The translations under genes and the position numbers were made by a program. From a bacterium (GTDB taxonomy: Bacteria; Omnitrophota; Gorgyraeia; Zapsychrales; Zapsychraceae): a stretch of DNA of 64,000 bases. Position 1 is the first letter of the stretch, and every line of letters begins with the position of its first letter. Location of the stretch: positions 4,372-68,371 of the forward strand of contig JAUIER010000007.1 in assembly GCA_030429765.1 (NCBI GenBank), in the 5' to 3' direction. Shown here one piece after another: positions 38,052 through 47,837 of this stretch. The notes beneath the pieces were generated by a model. The model was not told the DNA's origin, made no database searches, and saw nothing but the letters and a program-made list of their open reading frames with translations.

Positions 38052-39432
38052 TAATCAAAACTTCAGCATCATGGTAGTGGATGATGAACCGCTCATCCGC
38101 GAATCGTTATATGAAATCTTTAAGATCGAGGGATTTCGCGCCTCAATGGCCGCCTCGGCCGAGGACGCCCTTGAGAAACTCGACAAATCGCCGGTCGATA
38201 TTATCATCACCGACCTCATGCTGCCCAAGATGTCCGGACTTGAGCTACTGCGAGAAGTCAAGACCCATCATGATCCAACCGAGGTTATCGTGATAACGGG
38301 TTTCGGATCGATTGAAACTGCCGTTGAAGCCATGAAAAATGGGGCCTTCGATTACATCACCAAACCGATCAACGACAGTGAAATTAAACTCATCATCGGT
38401 AAGATCGTCGAGAAACTCAAGCTCGTCCAGGAAAACACCCAGCTTAAAAACCTGATCGCCAAGGACAAACGACAATCCTTTGCCGGCATGATCGGTTCCA
38501 GCGAAAAGATGCAGTCCGTTTACAACATTATTGATTCCGTCGCCTCGACTAATGCGACGATTCTGATCACCGGAGAGAGTGGAACAGGAAAAGGGATGGT
38601 GGCTAAGGGAATTCATATGTGCGATGAAAAGCGCAAAAACAAACCCTTTGTTGAAATCAGCTGCGGGGCCCTGTCAGAAACACTTTTGGAAAGCGAACTC
38701 TTTGGTCATATGAAAGGCGCGTTCACCGGCGCAATCAAGGACAAAGAGGGGCGCTTTGAATACGCCAAGGGCGGAACTATATTTCTCGACGAGATCGATG
38801 CATTCTCACCAAGCCTCCAGGTAAAACTTCTTAAGGTCTTACAGGACGGCGTATTTGAACGTGTTGGAGACAACGTGACTAGAAAAGCCGAAGCCCGGAT
38901 TATTGTCGCAACCAATCAACAGCTAACGGATTTGGTCGAGAAGGGCGATTTTCGTGAAGACCTTTACTACCGGATCAATGTGATCGCCATTGAGATGCCA
39001 CCGTTGCGCGAGCGTAAAAATGATATTCAAGGCCTGATCCAGCACTTCATCCAGATTTACAGCGAATCAAACAACAAAAATATCCGCGGCGCATCAGATG
39101 ACTTAATCAAAACCTTTAAGTCCTATAACTGGCCGGGAAATATACGGGAACTCGAAAATGCGATTGAAGGGGCGGTGATCATGGCCAAAGGGGATACCCT
39201 GGAAATGAATAATGTCCCCAACGGCGCGAAGTTTACCAAAACGGAAAGTAAATCGGTCCAAGCCGAATCCAAGTCCCTAAAGAAGGTGACTGAGCAACCC
39301 GAAAAAGATCATATCATTGCCGTTCTGAATGAATGCAACTGGAACCGCAATAAGGCTGCTGCAGCCTTGGGCGTCAATCGTACGACATTATATAATAAGA
39401 TGAAAAAATATAATATCCTGGATAATAATTAA
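38032..39432 (+). CDS. sigma-54-dependent response regulator (NtrC/PrsR-like bEBP)
   Basis: REC domain (VVDDE, DLMLP), GESGTGK, ESELFGH, GAFTGA, WPGNIREL and Fis HTH. Confidence 0.95.
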   Translation: MNQKIRDNQNFSIMVVDDEPLIRESLYEIFKIEGFRASMAASAEDALEKLDKSPVDIIITDLMLPKMSGLELLREVKTHHDPTEVIVITGFGSIETAVEAMKNGAFDYITKPINDSEIKLIIGKIVEKLKLVQENTQLKNLIAKDKRQSFAGMIGSSEKMQSVYNIIDSVASTNATILITGESGTGKGMVAKGIHMCDEKRKNKPFVEISCGALSETLLESELFGHMKGAFTGAIKDKEGRFEYAKGGTIFLDEIDAFSPSLQVKLLKVLQDGVFERVGDNVTRKAEARIIVATNQQLTDLVEKGDFREDLYYRINVIAIEMPPLRERKNDIQGLIQHFIQIYSESNNKNIRGASDDLIKTFKSYNWPGNIRELENAIEGAVIMAKGDTLEMNNVPNGAKFTKTESKSVQAESKSLKKVTEQPEKDHIIAVLNECNWNRNKAAAALGVNRTTLYNKMKKYNILDNN

Positions 39433-39433
39433 T

Positions 39434-40459
39434 ATGAGCGACGATAAAAACAGACAAAAAGCCCAAGAATTCATCATGAAAGACAAATGGTGGGATATGC
39501 TTTCACGTTTTATCGAAGTGCTTCGGATTAACATCTACATCGTCGACCGCAGCGGCAACTTTATTCTACCTCCGGAAGAAAGCAAATATGGAGGACAATT
39601 GATTACACATCCCCAACTGGGACTTGACCTATTCCGTGACGACGACGATTTTGAGCGACAGCTTGTCGAGCACACAAATTATCTCGAGACGATTAATCGT
39701 TACGATCTGTACAGTTATGCCATCCCGTTAAGGACGGTTGAGGACGAGATTCTGGCGTATGTCATGGTCGGCCCGATTATCCTTAACAAGAGGCTTGATG
39801 TCAGCAAATATCAGGAGCTGGCCAAGGCCGTGGGTGCCGATGAAGAAACTGTCATGAATGAGATCAATGAAATTCGGGTTGTCTCAAATATCATGATGAA
39901 CTCAATTATCAATCTCTTGACTGAAATCGTCCGTGACAGCATTGAGATTCAGTCGTCCCAAAGCGCCACGGTCAACGAAAACGCCGTTACCGAGAAAGTA
40001 TGGGAAAAAGAGTTTGCGTCTATCGCCAATGAAATCTATTCAACGGTACGTATCGACGAGCTGCTGATCACACTGCTGGATGTAGCCCTGAAAATGACCA
40101 ACACCCATGGCGGATCCGTGATGATGCTGGATGCCAACACGAATGAGCTCTCAATCAAGGCCTCGAAGGGACTAGATGATCTGAAGATTCAAGGGGTCAA
40201 GATCAAAATCGGTGAAGGGATCAGCGGCATGGTGGCCAAAGGCAAGGAACCCTTGATTATCGATGGTCACGCGCCGGACCGAAGCGTTCGGAAAATGCTG
40301 CGACGCCCCGAAATCAAGAAATCCGTTGTATTTCCGTTACTGTCTAAAAACCGGGTTTATGGGGTCCTCAACCTGCACACGCATGAATCTTCAGATCGAA
40401 TTAATGCCAACCTGGATAACCTGCGGTATCTCACACAGTTATTATCTTCGGCCTTTTAA
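39434..40459 (+). CDS. PocR-like sensor plus GAF protein with no output domain
   Basis: N-terminal PocR-like pattern (YAIPL..ILAYVMVGP) and C-terminal GAF (GSVMMLD, GEGISG, GVLNL). Confidence 0.7.
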   Translation: MSDDKNRQKAQEFIMKDKWWDMLSRFIEVLRINIYIVDRSGNFILPPEESKYGGQLITHPQLGLDLFRDDDDFERQLVEHTNYLETINRYDLYSYAIPLRTVEDEILAYVMVGPIILNKRLDVSKYQELAKAVGADEETVMNEINEIRVVSNIMMNSIINLLTEIVRDSIEIQSSQSATVNENAVTEKVWEKEFASIANEIYSTVRIDELLITLLDVALKMTNTHGGSVMMLDANTNELSIKASKGLDDLKIQGVKIKIGEGISGMVAKGKEPLIIDGHAPDRSVRKMLRRPEIKKSVVFPLLSKNRVYGVLNLHTHESSDRINANLDNLRYLTQLLSSAF

Positions 40460-40483
40460 TCTCAAATATTAGGAACACACACT

Positions 40484-41518
40484 ATGTCTAAGAAAATACT
40501 CGTACTCGGAGGAGCCGGTTACATCGGCTCACACACCTATGTTGAACTTTTAGAATCAGGATATGATCCGGCTATCGTCGATGATTTTTCGAATGCCGAA
40601 CACAAGGTTATTGAACGCTTAAAGGCGCTCACGCAGCGGGACGTTCGCTTCTACGAAGGTGATTGTAATGACGCGGCATTTATGGAAAAGGTTATTGGAA
40701 CAGAAGGCGATGTACATGCCGTCATTCATTTTGCCGCGTTTAAGGCGGTAGGGGAATCGGTCGAAAAACCGCTCAAATACTATGAAAACAACATTGGTTC
40801 GCTGTTAGTCCTTTTGAATAAAATGACAGCGCATCAGATTCCGCATCTGGTCTTTTCGTCGTCCTGTACCGTGTATGGAGAGCCGGACAAGCTTCCGGTC
40901 ACCGAATCCACTCCGCGCAAACCGGCTGAATCACCCTACGGCAACACCAAACAGATCTGTGAAGATATCATCGCGGATTGTGTGCGCAGCAAGGCAGCGA
41001 TCAAGGCGATTGCCTTGAGATATTTCAATCCGATGGGGGCCCATCCGTCGGGACTGATCGGTGAATTGCCTATTGGCGCGCCGAACAATCTCGTGCCATT
41101 TGTCACTCAAGTGGCGGCCGGGGTTCGCGAGAAATTAACTGTTTTCGGTAATGACTATCCAACACCCGATGGGACATGCGTACGCGATTACATTCATGTG
41201 GTCGATCTGGCCAAGGCCCATGTCAAGGCCCTGGAACACTTGTCACATCTAAACGAATCCAATCATTATGACATTATCAATATCGGGACTGGCGAGGGCA
41301 ACAGCGTAATGGAAGTGATCAAGACCTTCGAAAAGGTCTCCGGCCAGCCGTTAAATTACGTGATCGGCCCTAAGCGCGACGGCGACGTCGAAACCGTTTA
41401 CGCCAACGCCGACAAAGCCAAACAAGTCATCGGTTGGACGAGCGAACTGACGCTCGAAGACGGATTGCGCGACGCCTGGAGATGGCAACAAAGCTTAAAA
41501 GAAGAGGACTCACAATGA
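40484..41518 (+). CDS. galE: UDP-glucose 4-epimerase
   Basis: GGAGYIGSH, HFAAFKAVGES, YGNTK, LRYFNP and DGTCVRDYIHV motifs. Confidence 0.95.
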   Translation: MSKKILVLGGAGYIGSHTYVELLESGYDPAIVDDFSNAEHKVIERLKALTQRDVRFYEGDCNDAAFMEKVIGTEGDVHAVIHFAAFKAVGESVEKPLKYYENNIGSLLVLLNKMTAHQIPHLVFSSSCTVYGEPDKLPVTESTPRKPAESPYGNTKQICEDIIADCVRSKAAIKAIALRYFNPMGAHPSGLIGELPIGAPNNLVPFVTQVAAGVREKLTVFGNDYPTPDGTCVRDYIHVVDLAKAHVKALEHLSHLNESNHYDIINIGTGEGNSVMEVIKTFEKVSGQPLNYVIGPKRDGDVETVYANADKAKQVIGWTSELTLEDGLRDAWRWQQSLKEEDSQ

Positions 41519-42489
41519 AGACTATATTATTGACCGGAAGCGCGGGCTTTATCGGCTCGAAGACCGCTGAATTACTGCTAAAATCCAAGAATAATCATGT
41601 CGTTGGACTCGATAACATCAACGATTACTATGACGTAAAAATCAAAAACTACCGGCTCAATCGGTTAAAAAAAATCAAGAATTTTTCTTTCCACAAGGGA
41701 GATCTTGAGAACCGTAGCACGTTAACACGATTGTTCTCCAAGTATAAATTTGACGCGGTGGTAAACCTGGCGGCACGTGCGGGTGTGGGATACAGCATGA
41801 TCAATCCATATGTCTATTTTACGACCAACGCAGAAGGGACGCTTAATCTCCTGGAAAAATGCAAGGAACATAAAGTCAAAAAATTTGTGCTGGCCTCAAC
41901 ATCTTCCTTGTACGCGGGACAGAAAATGCCGTTTACGGAAAAACTCGCGGTCAATACGCCGATCTCAACTTACGCGGCCAGTAAAAAGGCGGCGGAAGTA
42001 ACCGCCTATACGTATAGCTATCTGTTCGGAATTGATGTGACCATCGTGCGCTATTTTACTGTCTACGGTCCTGCCGGACGTCCGGATATGTCTATGTTCC
42101 GCTTCATCAAATGGATTGATGAAGGCAAACCGATCCAGCTCTTTGGGGACGGGTCTCAGAGCCGCGATTTCACCTACGTCGATGACATTGCCAAAGGAAC
42201 AATTAAAGCCATGCGCAAGGTCGGATTCGAAGTGATCAATCTCGGAGGCGGAAACCGGCCTTACAAACTCAGCTACGTGATTAAAGTGATTGAGGATCTA
42301 CTGGGCAAAAAGGCCAAGTACAAACGCCATCCATTTCCCAAGACCGACATCAAAGAAACATGGGCGGATATCTCCAAAGCAAAGAAAATCCTCAAATGGG
42401 AACCCAAGGTCGAACTCGAAGACGGGATCAGAAAGAGCGTTGAGTGGTATCTTGAAAATCGATCGTGGCTCAAAAATATCAAGCTGTAG
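41515..42489 (+). CDS. NAD-dependent epimerase (UDP-glucuronate 4-epimerase type)
   Basis: TGSAGFIG, NDYYD, LAARAGV, YAASKK and GRPDM motifs. Confidence 0.9.
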   Translation: MKTILLTGSAGFIGSKTAELLLKSKNNHVVGLDNINDYYDVKIKNYRLNRLKKIKNFSFHKGDLENRSTLTRLFSKYKFDAVVNLAARAGVGYSMINPYVYFTTNAEGTLNLLEKCKEHKVKKFVLASTSSLYAGQKMPFTEKLAVNTPISTYAASKKAAEVTAYTYSYLFGIDVTIVRYFTVYGPAGRPDMSMFRFIKWIDEGKPIQLFGDGSQSRDFTYVDDIAKGTIKAMRKVGFEVINLGGGNRPYKLSYVIKVIEDLLGKKAKYKRHPFPKTDIKETWADISKAKKILKWEPKVELEDGIRKSVEWYLENRSWLKNIKL

Positions 42490-43319
42490 TCGCCGCCATC
42501 TTAATGGCTTGTTGGTGTGCGGGAGGTCATCTCACAGCCGATGAACTATCGGACACAGACATCTCGGCACACAGCGCAGATATTGATATTCGCCGGGAAA
42601 TCCATCAGCGACTCGATCGAATCTCGGCCGTCTTTCATCAAAGCACACAATTTAAGTACGTTTACAGCCCCAATCCCCGAAGCGCCACGGAAAAAGTCCT
42701 GAATTTTCAACCCGCCACGCCCAAGGACTTGCCGCGACTCAATAGCTATTTATCCATCTTTGAGTTGGAGATCAGTAAATATCCCGATCAATTCTTTCGC
42801 TCAATCGGCCTCAAACGGATCATTTTTGTCAAAAATCTGTTCTATAAAGAGCTCCCTGCCCAGGGATTGTATAATGATTCAACAAAAACCCTCTATTTTA
42901 ATTTTTCTGACACGAGAGGGGGGAGGCTGGCGCTTCGCCACAATGTCCATCATGAAATCTATCATGTCATTCACTCCCATTTTGATATCAATCCAGATGA
43001 CACTTGGCACAACTTGAACATTCCTGACTTTAAATATACGCATCGTGGGCGACACCACCAAGTAGTTGCAACACAATCTGAGAACTATTTTTCGCCGGAT
43101 ATCCCGGGCTTTGTAACGGATTATGCGATGACTTCCGCTGAGGAAGATCAGGCGGAGGTGTTCGCGTGTCTGTTTATTCAGTCACAGAGCCGGCTGATGC
43201 ATAAATGGGCCGTAAAAGACGAGGTCCTGGCCAATAAAATCCGATTTATCAAACAAGCTTTGCTGGATATATCCGACCAAGTCATAAATGAATCCTACTG
43301 GCACGAATTGAACCGTTAA
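42465..43319 (+). CDS. Secreted zincin-like metallopeptidase
   Basis: Signal peptide, HHEIYH (HExxH) and GFVTDYAMTSAEEDQAE. Confidence 0.65.
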   Translation: MAQKYQAVVAAILMACWCAGGHLTADELSDTDISAHSADIDIRREIHQRLDRISAVFHQSTQFKYVYSPNPRSATEKVLNFQPATPKDLPRLNSYLSIFELEISKYPDQFFRSIGLKRIIFVKNLFYKELPAQGLYNDSTKTLYFNFSDTRGGRLALRHNVHHEIYHVIHSHFDINPDDTWHNLNIPDFKYTHRGRHHQVVATQSENYFSPDIPGFVTDYAMTSAEEDQAEVFACLFIQSQSRLMHKWAVKDEVLANKIRFIKQALLDISDQVINESYWHELNR

Positions 43320-43455
43320 AACACCTTAAAAAATTAAATATTTCCATTTACTCATATCAACATCCATATTAAAATGAGCATATGCTAATAGCAACATAGC
43401 TATTGATCTGAGCTTATTCTCACTTGAATATCCTATTACTTAAAAAGGTACCACC

Positions 43456-43962
43456 ATGAAAAAAGGACGTCGCAAGAAAGTTCGCTACATACAAAGTATG
43501 CCGGAAATCGCACAGTTTTCACCGCGCGGCAAACCAGGTCGACCGGATGAAGCTGAATTAAAAATTGATGAATATGAAGCCATTAAATTAGCCGACTATC
43601 AAGGCTGTGATCAATCCGAAGGCGCCAAACATATGGGAATTTCGCGGGCCAGCTTTGGTCGAATCCTTAGAAACGCCCGCAAGGTCCTAGCCACAGCGCT
43701 TGTTGAAGGCCGAACGATACGTATCCGAATTGCTGATGTGCAAGTCGGCGTCCGCAATCAGCCAATTTCCACCAGCAAACAGCACACAGACAAGCAACCA
43801 GACGTACAATCACTGGAAGAAACCATTCGACAAAAAATACTCAATCATGACAACATAGACAGCAACAAAGACGCCGCTCAAGACAACGACACAAGAATCG
43901 ATCCCACACTCATTGATCATCCTGAAGAACCTAACCACATCGACAAACACCCCGCCCATTAA
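43456..43962 (+). CDS. DUF134 family HTH protein
   Basis: EYEAIKLADY..Q.EGAKHMGISRASFGRILRNARK. Confidence 0.85.
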   Translation: MKKGRRKKVRYIQSMPEIAQFSPRGKPGRPDEAELKIDEYEAIKLADYQGCDQSEGAKHMGISRASFGRILRNARKVLATALVEGRTIRIRIADVQVGVRNQPISTSKQHTDKQPDVQSLEETIRQKILNHDNIDSNKDAAQDNDTRIDPTLIDHPEEPNHIDKHPAH

Positions 43963-44011
43963 TTTACAACCCATCAACAACCACTAAAATGAACGCGCAA
44001 AAACATCTCAT

Positions 44012-44039
44012 AGTTAACATAACATATATTATAGGAAGT
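44012..44039 (-). other. dif: dif site (XerC/XerD chromosome dimer resolution)
   Basis: Minus strand ACTTCCTATAA-TATATG-TTATGTTAACT: 11-6-11 layout with a canonical XerD arm; located at the strand-orientation switch. Confidence 0.85.
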
Positions 44040-44126
44040 TTTTTCTATTTAAATTTATGGCTTTTTGTGGGTATTCGTCAGACTTATTAGGGCAGTTTTC
44101 GAGGGTTTGTGTCTCGAATTCACCGA

Positions 44127-44534
44127 TTAAAAATCGATAAATTCCGGATCTTTTTGATGCGGCGTCATCGCTTCCACCTGCTTGATATCGACAACGATTA
44201 GATTAAAATTAGGATCTTCAACTCCACCAAAATATTGCTTCAACATTGGAATGGCATCCCATAATATTTGTTTATATTCAACCGAATCACTGGACTGCGC
44301 GGTACCGGTAACGCGCGCATACCACATCTTACGGTCAATATAGCAAATTTCTACATTGGGATTCTTTTTAACTTGTTCGATGGTTCGTGAACGACCCAAT
44401 AACGCAATCAGAAGTTTGTTGTCATCTGTAAGGAACGGCATCATCGGCCTGACACGCGGCTGATCACCCTCCATCGTCGCTAACGTTCCAATACCCGTAT
44501 CTCTGATTAAGTCAATTACTTCGTCTTTAGTCAT
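44127..44534 (-). CDS. Pyridoxamine 5'-phosphate oxidase-like FMN-binding protein
   Basis: LATMEGDQPRVRPM and QVKKNPNVEIC motifs. Confidence 0.85.
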   Translation of the reverse strand: MTKDEVIDLIRDTGIGTLATMEGDQPRVRPMMPFLTDDNKLLIALLGRSRTIEQVKKNPNVEICYIDRKMWYARVTGTAQSSDSVEYKQILWDAIPMLKQYFGGVEDPNFNLIVVDIKQVEAMTPHQKDPEFIDF

Positions 44535-44563
44535 CTTTAGTCGTTCCCCTTTCCTGTGGACGT

Positions 44564-45385
44564 CTATTTACCGGATTTTGCCTTGGCCTTCTCAATAAAT
44601 TTAGCCGATTTGGTCGTTTCTTTATTGTTCAGCGACACCAACTCCGACGCAATCGATACCGCGATTTCCGCCGGCAGTTCACCCCCTAAGTCCAATCCTG
44701 CCGGAATACTGATCCGCCGAAGATACTTTTCGCTAATACCGTCTTCCCTCAAACGCTTAAAAAACTTGATGCGCTTGGCCTTACTCGAAATTACACCGAT
44801 ATATCCCGCCTCGGATTCGACTACAGCCCTGAGGCATTCATAATCAAATTCATTGCCCTGGGTCACAATCATCACATGACTTTGAGCATCCAGTTTGATT
44901 TTGGCCAATTGCCGGGCGTGTTTTCCGACCAGAATCTTGTCAGCATGCGCAAATCGTTTTGTATTGGCAAAGGATCGGCGATTGTCAATCACCGTCAATT
45001 TATAATTAAGCATCTTCACAATAAACGACAACGGCAGCGCGATATGCCCTGCCCCGCATAGAATAAAATGCCGAGGCTTGACCACTGGCTCGATCAGAAC
45101 ATGAATCTGACCACCACAGATGGACTGCCCCTTCTGACCAAAGTAATCGTAGGTCACCGTTTCCGTTTGAGCGGATGCGATTGCCTTCAGACATCGTCGC
45201 TGACAATCCAGCTCATACCGACCGCCGCCAATCGAGCCGAATGACGAGCCATCCTCAAAGACGACCATCTTGGCCCCGACCTTCCGGGGCGTGCCCTTCA
45301 CCGTCGACTTGACGACCGTGGCAAAGGCAAACTTTTTGTTCTGAGAATATCCCGCATAAGCCTTGGCTAAGATGTCGAAGTCCAT
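44564..45385 (-). CDS. xdhC: XdhC/CoxI molybdoenzyme maturation factor
   Basis: GTPRKVGAKM, GSIGGG, ICGG, GAGHIA and PAGLDLGGELPAEIAVSI motifs. Confidence 0.9.
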   Translation of the reverse strand: MDFDILAKAYAGYSQNKKFAFATVVKSTVKGTPRKVGAKMVVFEDGSSFGSIGGGRYELDCQRRCLKAIASAQTETVTYDYFGQKGQSICGGQIHVLIEPVVKPRHFILCGAGHIALPLSFIVKMLNYKLTVIDNRRSFANTKRFAHADKILVGKHARQLAKIKLDAQSHVMIVTQGNEFDYECLRAVVESEAGYIGVISSKAKRIKFFKRLREDGISEKYLRRISIPAGLDLGGELPAEIAVSIASELVSLNNKETTKSAKFIEKAKAKSGK

Positions 45386-45398
45386 CGCTGTGATATAC

Positions 45399-45956
45399 CT
45401 ACTTTACGTACGCCTTGATAATCTTCTGCTCTTGCAGTGGACGCGAGCCGGCGCCTGTCTGAACACCTTCAATATTCTTGACAACAGTAATTCCTGAAAC
45501 CACTTCACCGAAAATGGTGTGTTTCATATTTAACCACGGCGTCGGCACTGTCGTAATGAAAAATTGACTACCGTTCGTGTTTGGTCCGGCATTTGCCATC
45601 GCTAACAGTCCCGGCCGGTCAAACACAAGTTCCGGAGTCACCTCGTCCTCAAACTTTCCACCCCAAATACTCTCGCCTCCACGGCCGGTTCCTGTTGGAT
45701 CACCTCCCTGAATCATGAAATCCTTGATAACCCGGTGAAAAATCAGACCATCGTAATAGCCATTTTCGATATGACCCACAAAATTTTCGCACGTCTTCGG
45801 AGCCTGTTCACAGAACAGGTTAATCTCTACATCACCTTGATTGGTTTGTAACACTACAGTGGTTTCTTCCATTTCAGCTATTCCTTTGTTTGCCGTTAGT
45901 ATAATCCCGCAGAACGCGATTAGAGCCACAATACATAAAAGTAGATTTTTTTTCAT
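45399..45956 (-). CDS. Cyclophilin-type peptidyl-prolyl isomerase with signal peptide
   Basis: [15 protein letters not shown] and [16 protein letters not shown] motifs. Confidence 0.95.
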   Translation of the reverse strand: MKKNLLLCIVALIAFCGIILTANKGIAEMEETTVVLQTNQGDVEINLFCEQAPKTCENFVGHIENGYYDGLIFHRVIKDFMIQGGDPTGTGRGGESIWGGKFEDEVTPELVFDRPGLLAMANAGPNTNGSQFFITTVPTPWLNMKHTIFGEVVSGITVVKNIEGVQTGAGSRPLQEQKIIKAYVK

Positions 45957-46000
45957 TTTAACTGTCCTTTGCTGGATTGATTTCGAGTATGGGTTTCAGC

Positions 46001-47182
46001 TTAAACATCAGGTTGGATATCAGACGAGACATCTTGATCAGAAGCCCCATTATCCGGACGCTTCAGACCTAGCTCTCGTTCGATTTCTTCAGGGGTTTTG
46101 GGACGAACTCCAGAGGCTTTGTTCGACGGGATATTGGAGCTGTCTGGTTCAGGCGCAACTCCTTCCTGCAGCGACTTAAATTTGGCCTTGTCAATTTGAT
46201 CATTCTTACCGATGATGGTCTCTTCGAGCATTTCTATCTGCTTACGCAACTCCTCAGCCTCCGACTTCTGCATTTCAGTCTCCATCCGGGCCGCTTTGAG
46301 CGATGCCTGCAAATCCCGTGCGCGCGACTTCACATTCTGCAGCTCTTCTTCCAGTAAGGTCCGCAACTTTTCAAAATCTTGCCGATTCTGAATCTCATGC
46401 GACAACGTTTTATCCGTTTCCTCCAGCTCATGACTTTTCTCCAGAAACATCGCATCAAGCTTGGCGTATTTACTGCGTAAATCTTCTAATTGAGACGACG
46501 CCTCCAGTTCACGGGCCAATGACGGACTGGGCTGCGCAAAAGGCAATTTAGGCGAGTTATTCTCGGTTAAGTCGAAACCTTGTCGCGGCGTAGGAACATC
46601 GACTTGATCCGTAGCATCGGGATTGCCCGGCACCGTCTTCATCGCCGCCGTTCCCGTCTCGTTGCTCGCCAAATTTCGCTCGACGGTCTCGGCATTCGCC
46701 CGCTTTTCTTCGGCTTTTTTGTGTGATTTGCTCTGCAACGTCTCCAGATGCTGCTTGAGACTGGGCAATGGCGTCGGTTCGGGAATATCATCCATCGGAT
46801 TATCCTTAGTGGGAAGCTTGAACTTAGCCGCGATCTTACCGAATAGCCCCACCGGCGCTTCGTCAGGAACAGCCACCTCAGGAAGATCCGCCACACCGAC
46901 AGCCAAACCATCAAGTTCATTCTCCAAACTAGGCTTGGATGACTTTTTGATTTTCAGCTTAGCGAACAAATTTCCTCTGGATTTGACCTCCTTGGCCCCG
47001 GCCATCGGATCAAACTTACCTTCATCAGCACGCGGAACCCCCAGCACCTCTTCGGGTTCGATGGGCTCCACCGCGCCTTCGAGAGTCGGCACGCTGCGGC
47101 TCATAATAAATATCACATAGCCGATCCCGGCCAGCGTGACACCCGCGACAATCCAGAATAATGTTGTGAGTGATAAATCCAT
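46001..47182 (-). CDS. Membrane-anchored protein with a disordered linker and long coiled coil
   Basis: N-terminal TM helix, P/E-rich region, heptad-rich C-terminal half. Confidence 0.7.
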   Translation of the reverse strand: MDLSLTTLFWIVAGVTLAGIGYVIFIMSRSVPTLEGAVEPIEPEEVLGVPRADEGKFDPMAGAKEVKSRGNLFAKLKIKKSSKPSLENELDGLAVGVADLPEVAVPDEAPVGLFGKIAAKFKLPTKDNPMDDIPEPTPLPSLKQHLETLQSKSHKKAEEKRANAETVERNLASNETGTAAMKTVPGNPDATDQVDVPTPRQGFDLTENNSPKLPFAQPSPSLARELEASSQLEDLRSKYAKLDAMFLEKSHELEETDKTLSHEIQNRQDFEKLRTLLEEELQNVKSRARDLQASLKAARMETEMQKSEAEELRKQIEMLEETIIGKNDQIDKAKFKSLQEGVAPEPDSSNIPSNKASGVRPKTPEEIERELGLKRPDNGASDQDVSSDIQPDV

Positions 47183-47250
47183 TTTATCTGAAAGGCCTTA
47201 CGACATCGATTTGATTGACTTCACATGATGCCAACCGTTATAATTACGGC

Positions 47251-47835
47251 ATGATCACATGCTTACTGCTCTCAGGCGGCGAAAGCCGTCGTTTTGGATC
47301 ACCCAAAGCCACAGCCGATATCGCCGGCACACCGAACATTGTTCAGCTACAGGAACGATTAATCAGCACGCGCATCAACGAAATAATCGTCGTGACAGGC
47401 TATCACCATACCGAAATAGATCCATTGATATTAAATCACAAAAAGGTCAGATCTGTCCACAATAAAGATCATAATTTAGGCCAATCCTCGTCAGTAAAGG
47501 CCGGTATCCGCCAGGCGGATTCATCAACTGAAGGATTCATGATATACCCGGTTGATTTTCCACTGATCAAGGTCCAGACGATCAATTTGATCATCGACAA
47601 TTTTTGCGAAATGCCGGATAAAATATTGATCCCAACATATGACAGGAAAAAAGGACATCCCCCCATCCTACCCAGTCATTTTAAAATAGATATCCTGGAT
47701 CTCCCGGCGGATGTCGGCCTCAATTCACTCCAGCACAAATATGGTTACCGTGAAGTTCAAACCCAAGATCCGGCCGTCCTGGCTTCTTTTAACACGCCAG
47801 AAGAATTAAACATAATTGTTCGTGATTTATTGTAG
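47251..47835 (+). CDS. MocA-like molybdenum cofactor cytidylyltransferase (NTP transferase)
   Basis: LLSGGESRRFGSPKA, GQSSS, PVDFP and KGHP motifs; TTGACT-N18-TATAAT just upstream supports ATG 47251. Confidence 0.85.
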   Translation: MITCLLLSGGESRRFGSPKATADIAGTPNIVQLQERLISTRINEIIVVTGYHHTEIDPLILNHKKVRSVHNKDHNLGQSSSVKAGIRQADSSTEGFMIYPVDFPLIKVQTINLIIDNFCEMPDKILIPTYDRKKGHPPILPSHFKIDILDLPADVGLNSLQHKYGYREVQTQDPAVLASFNTPEELNIIVRDLL

Positions 47836-47837
47836 TC

